Assembly: GCF_006345805.1 (NCBI RefSeq)
Contig: NC_043000.1
Location: 59,954,001-60,018,000 of the forward strand
DNA: 64,000 nt
Direction of reading: 5' to 3'
Source: Octopus sinensis
Taxonomy: Eukaryota
This document shows positions 12,420 through 26,560 of the stretch, piece after piece. Positions within the stretch are counted from its first letter, which is position 1. Each line of letters opens with the position of its first letter. Under the pieces are notes generated by a model. It was not told the origin of the DNA and made no database searches. It was given only the letters and a program-made list of their open reading frames with translations. The position numbers and the translations under genes are program-made.

Positions 12420-14499
12420 ATACATGTTTTTGCTTTTTTTTTTTTTTTTTCAGCGTAAATTTCAACCAAGAATCAAAGCCAGGTTGTACAACTGGTTCAC
12501 TGGGAGTTTATCTCTATGCAGTAGCAGTCACAATTACACAACAGATGACCAGCTATTTTTGAATAGACTGTTTTATTCTCTCTTTTATGATAATAAAAGC
12601 TCCAGACCCCAGATGACAAGATTCACTGTACACTCCAGAATTACACGTTTAAATTAATAATTGCAACCTTTTTTATCTCAGGCTTACAACAAACAATAAC
12701 CTTGATATGGTTAACCTTCATTAGTTAGAATGCTGCCACTTCAGAAAGCAACTTGCAAAAAAGACAAAAAAGAATTCCAGGCTCTACCAGCCCACCATTT
12801 AATTATGTTACAAGAGTTCATGTAGACTTGATTTATCTATATAAGATTAATGTTATCACCACAGACTTTAAATAAAGCAAATTTAGAATGACAGCAAAAG
12901 GATGGAGGAGTAGAACTGGTAATGTGCAAGATTAAATGTTTTATTTACATTATTTAATAGCACTGTTATACTTTCTGAATGCAAATTCTGCCAGAGTTGG
13001 CTTTGTCTTTTACCCTTTTGGGCTCAATAAAATACATACCATACTGGGGTTGATTTCATTGACAGCATTCTACCTGCTGATATATGACCTTAATAAAAAA
13101 TTATTATTACTACAAATGATATTGAGAAAATATAAACTTCTCTTAAAGGGACTTATTGGTCCATCTATAATCGTACTTGGTAACTACTTTATTTCACTTA
13201 TTTTGCCAATAACATCTGGTAATCACCAGATCACGATGAAAGACAAGAAGAGACAATAATCTCGAAACCGGTCCGGTGCGTATCACTTAGGCTTACGAGA
13301 AAGGGATGGCCTCCCTTTGCAAATACCTAAAGGGTACAGAAAGTGTGTTTAAAGCCAGCTGGAGACGATGATCTCCTGGGGCTAAAAAGCTACAGTAACA
13401 CCCCCTCCCCTTTGTGGTTAGCCATATTGAGATGGCTTTTATACTTTACATTGTCGAGCGATTACTGTTTACATCTCGTTCTGAGATTTAATAATGATTG
13501 AAAACAAGAGTCTTTTTTTTACTTAACAGGAGTATCTCAACTAGTCACCTGCTCCCATATCAACCCATCAAAAATAGGCAGTGCAAACATTACATTAGTA
13601 TCATCAGGAAACACATGATATCAACATTACCTGAAAACCTATTTATCCCTATGCAAGGATCTGTTTTACTCAATGCATCATGTTATTTTGATTTATATTG
13701 TGTATATCTACAAACACAACACCACACGAGCATCTTTTTGCCTTTACTTGAAAAAAAACTACAGAAATGAACATGGCAATTTGTCTTTCCTTGCTTGGAA
13801 AGGTTCTGATAGGATGTACTTTGGTTAAAAAGGCAATACATTTAGCTCAAGAAGTTAGCCTATTGGAACTTCCAGTATACTGCAATTCATGTTTCCAGTG
13901 ATTGAGAAGATACAGCAGCAATAAGGGACCTGGTCCAATCAGGAGACACTCAAGCTGAGGTTACGTATTATGTGCGTGCTTCAATTGTAAATATTAATAT
14001 TCCTCCAAATCACCTTGACTTGTCTATTCTGATTCTTGATGAAGTACCTGTATAACAACCTGATCAAATACTACAAAATATTGAACCATTTATTGCCTTT
14101 GTGCTGCATCAATCTACTCACATTAAAAGACCCATAGAAAGATATGATTCACTTGAATATTCTGTATTATATGATCACACTTAAGAATATTGAAACTTGC
14201 AGATATTACATTGATAATATTGTGTGTGTGTGTGTGTGTCTGTGTTAGTAAGAGAAGAATGCAATAACTTTATGTAAATTATCTTGTATTAAATTGACAA
14301 TAGAAATGTTTGAATTATAGAAGATACTGCAATTACTACCTGCTGTTGTTGTTATGAATACCCTTATAAACAACTAACTCTGTGGTGGATACTCTTGAAA
14401 ATTATAGTGAATAAAGGCTAATTTAAATTCATGTTGTATTATGGATTATTATTATTATTATTGTTATTATTATTATTATTATTACTATTATTATTATTA

Positions 14500-14640
14500 T
14501 TCCGAGGTCGAGTTAGCCTTTCATCCTTTCTGGGTCCATAAAATTAAGTACCAGTGAAACACTGGAGTCAAATGTAATCAATTATCCCCCTCACCCAAAT
14601 TTCAGGCCTTGTGCCTAAAGTAGAAAGGATCATTATTATT
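14500..14640 (+). mobile_element. 5'-truncated SINE family B within (ATT)n
   Basis: CCGAGGTCGAGTTAGCCTTTCATCCTTTC...GGCCTTGTGCCTAAAGTAGAAAGG followed by (ATT)n. Confidence 0.8.
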
Positions 14641-15119
14641 ATTATACCCTTAACACCCATCACTTCTCTATCACCTGAAAACAACATAGGCACATATCAC
14701 ATGCCCCAGCTTTCTCAGTCACCTTTCTTCCCCACCCCAAACCACTACCATTTATGATTATTTTCCCCTATCGACTGTCACAACTCACTTGCCTCTCATC
14801 ACCTACCCTGTCCTCACATACCTACAGCAACCCCTTCCCCCAAGCCTCTCTTGCATTTCTTTCCATCATTTGCTATAGTCACCTCTATCCTGCACTCTCA
14901 TCCAGTCCAAAGCTCTGTATTACTTCACCTATTCTTGCCACAACCAAAGTCCTTCAAAGGCATGTCCCAACACATCTTCACTATATTTCTCACACTACCT
15001 TTGTGTTTAATCTCTCAACTGGCACAAAGCCACTCATCCCTCAATATTTCTCCCCATTCCCAGTCAAGGGGTTTTGCTTTATCTCTTTTATCTTTTTGCA
15101 AGGCACTTGGTGACCCTGA

Positions 15120-15360
15120 GAGTGCTAGTGCCATGTGAAAAGCACATGTGCAAGTGCCATGTGAAAATCACCCATGTTGGTGCCACGTAAAAAACACCCA
15201 GTACACTCTGTAAAGTTGTTGGCATTAAGAAGGGCATCTGACTAGAGAAACCATACCATAACAGACAATGGAGCCTGGATAACTCCCAGCCTTGCCAGCT
15301 CCTGTTAAACAGTCCAGTCCATGCTAGCATGGAAAACGGATGTTAAATGATGATAATGGT
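15120..15360 (+). mobile_element. Family C retroposon tail (RTE-like 3' end)
   Basis: GGTGCCACGTAAAAA...GGCATTAAGAAGGGCATC...CATGCTAGCATGGAAAACGGATGTTAAATGATGAT; homologous to 39012-39215, 24240-24410 and 55540-55680. Confidence 0.75.
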
Positions 15361-17785
15361 GGTGGTGGTGGATTGGCAGAATCATTATTAGAGCATCAGA
15401 AAAAAATGCTATACAGTATTTATTCTGACAATATATGTTCTGAGTTCAAACCCTAGCAAGGTCAACTTTACCTTTCATATCTTCAGGGCCCATAAAATAA
15501 AGTACTAAGTTGATGAAATTGATTAAGCTCCACCATAACCAAAGATGGAATGGTCATAGCTGGTATGCCTTTGGTCATAGGTCTGTTCAGAGATGACTTG
15601 GATCTAAACAAACAATAATTATATTTTACCTATACTTATACATTTCTCCAACAGCTTACTGACCCACATTTATTATTTTTATCTTTTAGTCAGAAGAAGG
15701 GGCAGTGACCACAGCTCTTTAAATACCTTCCAAGAGTGGTAGAATGGAAGGAAGGAGCAAAGAAAGGAAGACATCCTCAAATTAGACACATGGCCTGAAT
15801 GCTTGCAACAAGTGGACATCACTAAAGGCACCAAGGACAAAGTGGTGTTAAAGAGGGCAATGGATTAAGTCTACAAGTAAGCTAAGACAAGAATGCAAAA
15901 TGATGGAACAAGTACTGCAAAGCATCACATTCAACAGTCTAACATTTCCACCAGTCCACCATCCTAGGCAACAAAAAAGCATTGCAAGGCATTTCATGTG
16001 ACCCTCTAATATCTCTGACAATTCACTGTCTAGTTTATTTGCCTTTTAACCTTAGTCATTCCTCTCGCTAAGCAACCAATTACAGATAGTGTAATCTGCG
16101 CCATGTATCATCACTTCCTTTCATGCATTCACAGACTATGAGCAAATATTTTTTTTATGTCTTTCAGTTTCCCTTGGGTACATTTTATGAATGTATTTCC
16201 TCACTAACACTAGCCATATCAAAAATTAATATGTACTTACATAATCTCTGAACATATCTAGATTGTAACATATAGTCTAAGTAAAATTTTAATGATAAGA
16301 TTATATTTTTACAAAGAAATAGAAGTTTCTAAGGAAGTTCTATAATGTCACGATAAGCTATGTACTTTCATGTTGACACTATGACAAACATAACATATTT
16401 TTGCTGTAAACCCTTAAATTTGGTAATAATTATGCTGGAACCAGTTAAAAGTTGATAAAAATCTGCAATAAAAAGATAATTAGCTGCTTATGTTCTGTTC
16501 TTTATAACAAGCATAAAACAGATGATAGTGTGTTGCGTGTGATTGTGTACATGCACACACACAAGTGGGGGAAGAGAGAGATATACACAATGGGATAAGT
16601 GAGCAAAGTGTGTATGTATGTGTAACAGAGACAGGGGAGAGAAAAGGAAGGAGGAGACAGAGACAGACAGAGGTACAGTTGCTGAGGGGCTGGATCATAT
16701 CACTTTAAAATGTACTTAAAACTACTTAATTGCTTGATACTAATTAAGAACTCAGAATTATTGTATTTCATTATATATATATATAATCAACATCAATTTC
16801 ACATCTACTTTTCCATGTTAGTATAAACTAAATGACTTGTCACAGCTTAGGTCATTCAGAGTTACTCCCTACCTCTATGGATCTGAGACCATGTCATACT
16901 GATCCAATCATTGACACACACACACACACACACACATACACACACGCATAGACACAAGCATGGCTGTGTAGTTACGATGACTGCTTCCCAACCATGATAT
17001 TTCAGATTCAGTCCCACTGCTTGGCGCTTTGAGCTAGTGTCTTCTGTTATATCCCCAGGTCAACTAAAGCCTAGTAAATGGATTTGGTAGACATAAACTG
17101 CAAGAAGCCCACTGTACCATTGTGACTGTGTGTATGTGCATACCCTTGTCTCAACATTATGTGATGATTATAAATAAGTATCACCATTATACAGATGAGG
17201 GTTAGCAACAAGAAGAGCATCCAGCCATAGAAAAAAGTTTGCCTCGACAAATTCCATCTGACCCATGCAAGCATAGAAAAATGGATGAATGGTACATATA
17301 TCCACACACACACACATGTATGTATGTCTGTATGTATATGAGTAGGTACGTGTACATAGAATCTATGGGTGTGATCTCTGATTAACACAAAGTTCACACA
17401 AAATTAATAATAGAAAATGCATAACGAATGATTAAATAAGTTAAACTACTAGTGTCTAACATTGGCATATGAACTCAAGCTTTAAGAGAGAGGAAAATAA
17501 ATTAAATCAACTCTAACCAGAAAAATTAATGTGAGTAGTTATAGCTTAATACTATAAGTCATTTTGTTCAATGCTCTAATGAAGCTCCCAATTAAATAAG
17601 TTAAAATAATGAATTATGTTATTTGATTTATGAACTCATAATATATTCAAAACAAATAAGTTCGTTTGCAACAAGATTAGCTATTGTATATATTTCTCTT
17701 TCTCTATCACTGTATAATTTTTACCATCACAAACCACCACTATTTTGCTAAAGTTCTATTTTTTACACAAACACATGCATGCATG

Positions 17786-17816
<31 letters not shown>

Positions 17817-18442
17817 GTCATGTGGTTTTCAAGTTCACTTTGCAATCATGTGATTTCAGATTTCATCCCATTGCATGGCACCTTGACAAGGGTCTTCTAC
17901 TATAGCTTTAAGCCAACCAATGATAGCTGATGGATGGAAACTCTATGGAAGCCTGCCATACATGTGTACATCTGCATGTGAGTGCATGCACACTGTTTCA
18001 GCATGTCTTCACATTAACATCTTTTGAAAATCTGCGCAACTGCTTATATTTCTCATGCACAATATAGCAGTGAAGAAAGATTAGCATAATAAAAACACCT
18101 GGCTTTAAAAACAACTGCAGATTGGTAACAAGAAGGGTATCTAGTTGTACTGTATTGCCTCATTAAATCTTGCTCAACAAATGCCAGATTTGAAATGCCA
18201 GGCATAAAAATGATGATGATAATGATGATGACATTAATATGTACACTCACACACACACACACATACACACACACGAGTAAGCACATAAATGTGAAACAAG
18301 GTGGAAAGAAATAGTACTCAAATACCAAAGGTAGAGTAATATGATTTTATTAAAGTACAAAAACTCTTCACAAACTGTATATATATGTGTGTGTGTGTGT
18401 GTCTCAGTGTACACACACACACACACGTGTGTATATATTATT

Positions 18443-18504
<62 letters not shown>

Positions 18505-19190
18505 CCTATGCATGTATAATTATCATGTGTTAAACATTACTTATTTAGTAGTTCTGCCAGTGTAACACGTTTACAGTATACTTTATCATCTATAAAAGAG
18601 GGATAATTTCTCATTCTACTTCCAACCATTCTAGTTTGTTCAATACTCATTAAGCCATGATGTACTAACCAAAGGTGTACAGCCACACACACATGCATAC
18701 ACACACTCACACATGCAGGCACACACACTCACATACTGACACATTCGAACACAAAAATCAGTAAATCTACAAAATGATCTTTTTCTGATAAAGCTTGACA
18801 ACATTTATTACAGATTAAGTGAAATGGGATAAAGTAGCCCCTGATTGTGCAAAAGAATGAAAATCATATGATTAAAAATATCTCATCTGATTCATATGGT
18901 CTTAACTATAGAAACAGGAAGGAAGTAAAAAGCAGTTAGCTATTTATCTCATAAAATCTTGTCAGTCAATTGAGATACTTAATGTTTCTAAAGAAGAGTT
19001 TGGTAATTTGTGTGAGAATGAATGAGAGAATGTGATAGATAGATAAATAGAGAGAGAGAGAGAGAGAGAGAGAGTGAGAGAGAGAGAGAAAGAGAGAGTG
19101 AGAGAGAGAGATAGACAGACAGACAGACAGTGTGTGTGTGTGTGTGTGTGTTTTGTACACGTGCTAATACCATCTGGAAATATTTTGTAC

Positions 19191-19335
19191 CTGTTCCATT
19201 TGGTTATAGTAGTGAAGGTAATAGTTACCATATGCAGGAAGACAGGTACTTTCCAAGTAAAACATGTTCTTATCTACATCTATCTTGATAAAAATCAGTA
19301 TATTAACCAAATCAGGTTGCAGAACTGTGATAGGT
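19191..19335 (-). CDS. Candidate exon (145 nt, phase 2-0, PITVLQPDLVNILIFIKIDVDKNMFYLESTCLPAYGNYYLHYYNQMEQ)
   Basis: Acceptor aaagttcttttaaccttag|, donor CAG|gtacaa; 48 open codons. Confidence 0.5.
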
Positions 19336-19622
19336 CTAAGGTTAAAAGAACTTTAATCGATTTGTATTTTTCTTTTGGGGGGGGGGGGGTCCCCCCTCTT
19401 TCTTTAAAAGGAAAATAAAATTAAATTCCTTTTCAATTTATACCATTATGTCTTGAAACTAATAAAGTGTAATGTAGGCCATTTTTGAACTCTGCATTTT
19501 ATATTTATTGATAAGGAAGGATAAGCATGATGACTGTATTACTAAACATATTGTATAATGACTTCTAGTATTGTGTTAAGAACAAAAAATATTTACCACC
19601 GAAGCAGAAGAAATACACTCTT

Positions 19623-19961
19623 TTTACTCTTTTACTTGTTTCAGTCATTTGACTGTGGTCATACTGGAGCACCACCTTTAGTCGAGCAAATCGACCCCAG
19701 GACTTATTCCTTGTTACGGGGACATAAACACACCAGTATTGGTTGTCAAGCGATGTTGGGGGGACAAACACAGACACACATATATATACATATATACAAC
19801 GGGCTTCTTTCAGTTTCCGTCTACAAAATCCACTCACAAGGCTTTTGGTTGGCCCGAGGCTATAGTAGAAGACATTTGCCCAAGGTGCCACGCAGTGGGA
19901 CTGAACCTGGAACCATGTGGTTAGTAAACAAGCTACTTACCACACAGCCACTCCTGCACCT
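19623..19961 (-). mobile_element. SINE family A with internal deletion
   Basis: Aligns to 12028-12419 but lacks the segment between GACTTATTC and TTACGGGGAC. Confidence 0.9.
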
Positions 19962-20003
19962 ATAATACTGATATAAAATTTATTTTCATGATTTATAAGT
20001 AAG

Positions 20004-20410
20004 ACAATTCTATATTTCTGAGATGAATTTATATTATGTGTATTGTTTATATTAGTCGGACTGGTGTTCTCATCTTGATTGTTGCTTTCACTATGTTTCG
20101 GCTGCTGTATGTTCCAGCCTTATTCAGGTCTCTTGTGCTGGAATTTTGATCCTAACTTTCTGTTTGATCCATGTGGGTGTACTGTTCTCATTCTGCTCTC
20201 TATGTTTCATGATATGTTTTGTTTCAGTTGATTTTGTTGTGAATTATCTTAGTACCTTGCCTGGGATTGAACTCAGAATATCTAGGTGACTGCACTGCAT
20301 TAATCAACATCTTTATCTACTATGATATGTCCATTGTAGAAATTAACCTACAGGCATAGTGTAGTAGATAAAGATGTTCTGAGTTCAATCCCAGGTAAGA
20401 CACTAAATAG
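20004..20410. mobile_element. Diverged copy of tRNA-head/hammerhead element, head-to-head inverted twin
   Basis: Minus arm: tRNA-like head, linker, HHR remnant GAGAC-CTGAATA-A-GGCTG..CAGCC-GAAAC-ATA (20087-20132), tail ...AATTCATCTCAGAAATATAGAATTG. Plus arm: head only (TAGTAGATAAAGATGTT/CTGAGTTCAATCCCAGG), inverted to the minus head. Confidence 0.7.
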
Positions 20411-21726
20411 TTACAACTTCTGAATTGGTACAATTTACTGAAAGTCTTAGCCATTTTGAGGTATTGTTTTAACATAGGTTTTCATCATATGTTTCCTTAT
20501 CTCACAGATTTTTGCAAGATCAATATGTAATATCAAGAAGGGGCTTGACCCAGAAAGTCCAGAGAATAACACACTGAGATCCTATAACAAACAAGAATAA
20601 CTAGCTAAAGCAAAACAGAATTAGTAACTTATGAAATTATTTACATAAAGCTTCCTTTACAACACTATAGCCCAGAAAATTGAAAATCTGATTTCTATAG
20701 TATGCTTATTTTAATGTAAGAACACAATAGACTTACAAAATAATCCACCATGAAAACCATCACCACTATCAATATAGTGATAACAATAGCAATCATTGAT
20801 TTCAATTCAAGCAACATAAATCCTTTTTATTCATTATTATTTTTACTATTTTCTTTTTGCATTAACTTTGTTAATATTACTTATAGACCATATCAATACA
20901 TTCATCAAAGAAGATACTTAGAAAGAAGAATGGATAAATTCAGTTACCAGAGTTAGTCTGCAAATAACTAAGCTTTATCCTTTATGACAACCGCTTGCAT
21001 TATCTAACAAAAAAAAGACTCTACCAGTAGCATATATCACTTAAATCCTCTACATCTTACAAGTTGAGAATTGAATTATGCAGAATATTTCTTCTAAAGA
21101 ATCTTGTAAAATTTCTATGCTTTAAATTTAATTTTGTCTGTGATTAGCTGAGAAACATTGGTACTGATCTGTATCTGTATTGTAACTGTTCCAACTCGTT
21201 CTGACTATAATATTTCAGAAGTGGGAAGAATATTAGAAAACATGAAAAATAAGTAGAAAACTTATTTTCCTTGTACTTTTTACATGTACTGAATCCATGT
21301 TTGTTGATGTAATGCATCATTTAAAATAGGTGGGTGCACAAGGGAGGAATATTTAATTTTATAATTTAAACTGCACTGAATTGTATCAATTGAATAAAAT
21401 ATATGTTCCACTTTAACATTTAAAGTATGTGTGTGTGTGTGTGTGTGACAACACACACATGAATAGAAGCAATTATCGAGATAAGCAAATTAGACACATC
21501 GAATATTTTAAATATATTAAGTATATCAAATACAAAATATGTATATGTGTATATATGCAGAACAAGAGAAAGCAAAAAGTTGAAATTTTCAGATGATGAC
21601 TGATGAATTTATATGTATAAATATATATAAATAGGTCCAACTTACACAGAGTGAAAATGATACAGAAATTTAAAGAGGTGAAGGAAAGGTGTATGCATAT
21701 GGATATACACACACACACATGCATGC

Positions 21727-21767
<41 letters not shown>

Positions 21768-21770
<3 letters not shown>

Positions 21771-22475
21771 TAGCAGCTAAGCCTGGTTTCACCTGGTCCG
21801 GTTTGGATGATGTGGCTGTAAAACCTGCTCTGTGTAAGCATTCAACTTGTTTGGGCACGCTTACATTACAAAACAATTTTAGAATGACATTTTTCTGTCA
21901 AAACGCTAAAAATAACTGACCAACAAGAAAAAACAACCAAGATTCAACCAAATTAAAAAATAAACCCAAATACTAAGCGAACAAAGATGAACCATCCGAC
22001 TTTCATTGTACGCGCACACATACACACATTCACATACCCTCCCTTTTACATACATGCACATATATTCACACAGAGTTGAAACGCTGTTTGATTTAGTTTT
22101 TCAGCGTACAATTTTCATCATCTCACTCCCAAGTATGACATCACTCCTTCCTTCCTTATTCATCTATCACCCCTTCTTTTCTCATTCATAAACACAAGAA
22201 TATTATTATAGTAGATTATCTCGGTAACCATGGGAGCTATGAAAAAATATGACATCACCCCTTCCTTCTTTAATCATCTATCACCCTTTCCTTTCACATT
22301 CATAAACACAGGAGTATTATTATAGTTGATTGTCTCAGTAACCATGGGTGCAATGAAAAAATACAAAGCCCAGCAACATCACCGGATCATTCTACACATC
22401 TGTGTAATTTTTCACCCAGCTGTTTGACCGTGAATCTCAAGACAAGAAAGAATTGCCCATGTCAACTTTATATGT
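21768..22475 (+). mobile_element. Helitron-like non-autonomous element with internal 114-bp tandem duplication
   Basis: Begins (TA)n-ACTAGCAGCTAAGCCTGGTTTCACCTGG, resembling the ACTAG...GCCCGGCTTCGCCCGG 5' ends of invertebrate Helitron-derived elements; repeat units start at 22134 and 22248; embedded between TA-rich microsatellites. Superfamily assignment is inference. Confidence 0.5.
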
Positions 22476-22479
22476 ACAA

Positions 22480-22514
22480 ATACATACACACACACATGCA
22501 TATATATATATATA

Positions 22515-22554
<40 letters not shown>

Positions 22555-22775
22555 AATATATACACACACACAGATATATATATATATATATATACATATA
22601 TACACACACACACATATACACACACAGATATATATACATATATATACAAGCACACATACACACACAGATATATATACATATATATACACGCACACACAAA
22701 TATATACACATATATATTTACACACACATATATACATATATATACACACACACATATACATATATATACACACAC
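22480..22775. repeat. Compound (TA)n/(CA)n microsatellite, about 300 bp
   Basis: Direct reading; explains ORFs 22412-22782. Confidence 0.95.
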
Positions 22776-23471
22776 ATGCTAATCAACCCAGTGGTGTTTC
22801 CATGAAATACCAACAAAATTAACTAAACAGCTTCACAGTATTTCTAGGAAATTGAGACATGCAAACACAATGATACAAGACAGAAACAGCTAATTATCTT
22901 TTATGCACATGTCAGAAGGATAAATAAACAGAGAACTAGAGACACACTGCTAATTATATTTGTGAACTAGTTCCTGCTCCTGGTGAGAAACAATCTGCAT
23001 TCTAAATAGAAATGAACCTGGTAGTCTTGTTAAAAAGCAATATTTTATGCTCCAAGAAGCAGCTGGATTGTGACTAAATGAATATTAGTATCACTGATAT
23101 TCTTAAATATAACTTTTTAAATGATCCAATAAAAATATCACTTTGGGAGGAGGTGGGTTAGACTTCGTAAGATTTATAGGTTTATGAGACTCTGAAATAC
23201 CCTTATTTATGTGGTTGATTATGAATATTTTCATAAACAAAATGAAAAATCCATTCTTTTTCAATCATAGAGAGTCAAACCATAGTTACTTGTTTCTCTT
23301 TTCTCTAAAATAATGAATTGATAAAATGTGCCACACAGTGGTACCTAATCATTAAGAGTTAAGCCACATATATTACAATAAGATTCATTGGTTAGTCCTA
23401 AACTTATGCATATATATATCCTCTTCTCAGACAAAAGATCAAGAGTAAATATCAGAGACTGTGGTTTGTAA

Positions 23472-23528
<57 letters not shown>

Positions 23529-23640
23529 GCAAAAACAATTAAGATTCAAGTGAATTCCAATGAATTCAAATGAATATGGTACTTAACTTAGATGCACCAG
23601 AATTCTTTATGGTATTAACCATAAAATAATGTGGGGTGAT

Positions 23641-24204
23641 TATAACCAAGAAAAAAGCAACAAGAATGGATTAGTAGTTTAGTACAATTGTTTCATACTA
23701 AGAGCAATTTTATTTGAAGCTGCAAATATTGCAGCAAATACAAATGTCCAGTATTCATCATGAACAACTAAGTTGTTGCAAACAGAATTTGGTTGTAGTA
23801 GCAATTTTGGTTGTAGTTGCAACAACTTAGTTGTGAAATGAACCAGCATGTGACCAACAGCTTCCCTCATGTCTCCGGAATTTATACCTACATTTTTATG
23901 GATGGATTCACCTTCTCTGGGAAGTTAACAATCCTTTAAAAACTTTCTATAAAACTGTGCATCATTAGAAAGCATTTTAAGTCTGCTTATAATTTGACTT
24001 TAAATTTCATAGAACTCACTCCTAATACTTCATGAGGATAATCAAACTCTCTAGGATGTCTGGAAAACATATATGTGATTTAGCTGATGAATACTGGACA
24101 TTTGTATTTGCTGCAATATTTGCAGCTTCAAATAAAATTGCTCTTAGTATGAAACAATTGTACTAAACTACTAATCCATTCTTGTTGCTTTTTTCTTGGT
24201 TATA
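23641..24204. mobile_element. Foldback/MITE-like element with 120-bp perfect terminal inverted repeats
   Basis: 23641-23760 is the exact reverse complement of 24085-24204; both ends TA; inner 18-bp inverted repeat 23764-23781/23817-23834. Confidence 0.75.
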
Positions 24205-26560
24205 TATATATATATATATACACACACATACATAATACATACATGGTGGTTGCTGGTGCCACATAAAGTGGTTAGCGTTAGAAAGGATATCCAGCTGCAG
24301 AAACCAAGCTATGCAACATTGTGAGGCTTGCCAACCTTGCCAGTTCTTGTCAAGCTGCCTAACCCTTGCCAGCAAGGAAAATGGACATTAAATCATGATG
24401 GTGATGATGATTAAGGAAAAGATTAATGTAAGTTTGTTTGACATTTCTAAATGCATTTGAAACAACTTTCACTTGAAATTTGGGATTGGATACAAATGAA
24501 CAATTTAAAAATATGAAACCGATTAAGATAAGCATAAAAATCAAGTTGGCATCATCACTGCATGACTGCCTTATAGCTGAAATTCAGTAGTTTCGTAATA
24601 CTTTGCAAGAAGGTTTCAAAGAAGACAAGAAACTCAATAAAGAAACTACCTTGTGTAATATTTTCCAATTCTAAACATTTGAACAATATTTGAAAGTTAA
24701 GTTGAACTTCAGTTAAACTTCAGCTATATCTGACATTTTAAGCTTTTATGCAATGTGACACTTGGAAAGGAAAATAAATATACCAAATTCCACATTTGGC
24801 AGATGTGGTAAGTTTGAATTGACATAAATAAATCTGACATTATATATATCTAAATAAAAGAAATGCTATAAGAAATAAGATAACTAAAAAATTCCACAAC
24901 TCCTACCAATAAAGACTAAGAAAAAATATCATAGAAAAAATACAAAATAAGTATTCAGTTGTTCACTAAAATTTACACTAGTGCTAAAAATAAACAGTCA
25001 ACAATAAAACAAAAACCTAAAGCTCATTTCAGTTTGGTTAAACTCTAAGAGACAGTATAAAAAAAAAACTTATCAAACAATCCTACTTTTCCTAGCTTTT
25101 AATTTTCTGTTTTTGTTTAATTTATTTTGTTAATAAATAAGAAGTTTAAGTAAAGAACAAAAAGTTTTAATATTGAAATCATTAATAAATTTTGCATATC
25201 TTATAGTAAAAATAACTTACTTCAAGTTTTAATACTATATGCTTGATAAAACATTAATAAACACACACAAACCTATGAAGATATATTACTTTTAACATTT
25301 TTTTTTAATATCAGCTTGGCATTTTTAAGCAAAATTCTAAGATTTTAAAAGGTCAAACAGATATTTTTTAAAACAGAAATTACCAATGATATTCAGTCAT
25401 TAAGATGAAAATCATAATTTTTTTTTTTTTTAAAACTAACTTCAATAAAATATTATTTAAATTTCTCACATGAACATCACAAATTATTTCAAAAAACTTC
25501 AACTAATTTTTTCAAAAGTTCAATAGAAAAAATATTGGTGCAATTAGTGTGAACAAAAAAAATTCATCCATTACTTAGATAATGTTTGTTTTTTTTCCTT
25601 CCTAGTCAAGTATAAAACCTAACATTATTTTGCTTTGATAATTTTATTAATTTGCTTGTTTTAGTAGCTAAAGCAGTTGTAAATTCTTGTAGATAAGTAT
25701 ATAATCTTTAATATGTAACCAATCTTTAGAATTTTTTGTTTCTTCCTTTTTTCTGTCTTTTCTTTGTTTTTGGATTCTCATAGAAAGGAACTTTATTTGA
25801 AGAAAATATGAATAATTTCAGTAATGTTTTATAGTGTAAGAAAATTATGATCTAAAATATATGATGTATGATTTAGAAGAGAACATTAAAAAATTATGAT
25901 TTATTTTATGCACATATACACACACACACACATCAATTTATAAAACTAATGCATATGCATAAATGTGAATATATAATTAATTTTCTCTTGTAGTGTATGT
26001 CTATACAGATAAAGTGTTATGAATGCGTGTGTGTGTGTGCGTGCATACATGTGTGTTTAAATAGGTGGATGGATGGATGAGCAGGCAGACCAGCATATGT
26101 CAGTTAAAAGTTACTTCATAACTGCATGACTCCAAAGTAAATTAAATCCCTATGAGGCTAAAAGACAGCATGAAATCAGATGGGCTGTAGAATCAAAACT
26201 GAAGACTGCAAATGTAGGAAAGATGGTAATGATTTAGAAACAGCAGGAAAGAGAGCTAGGTGAGCAGATGCTTATAGCAATTGGTTGATGGTATCTAGGG
26301 TTAGGAATGGTCAAGAAAAAATCCAAATGAAATAATATTCACACTTAGGCAACTAAACTGATAAACAGCTTGACTATGAAAGTCAATGCCTTATTTAATG
26401 TTAAGTTAATTTCATTTATTTTGCTAGGTGATCATCAATCATCTAAATTAAATTAAATAATTAAGTTTTACACTCATGGCCATCTGCAATAGAATATATC
26501 ATGCAACAGGAGAGAACTATTATATTACTTAAAGCATCTACCATAATTATTACTATGTAA

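Noticed and set aside
12196-12657. 153-aa plus ORF and similar ORFs at 19558-19965, 22412-22782, 34416-35289, 52174-52528
   Set aside because: They are translations of SINEs, microsatellites or the inverted twin element.
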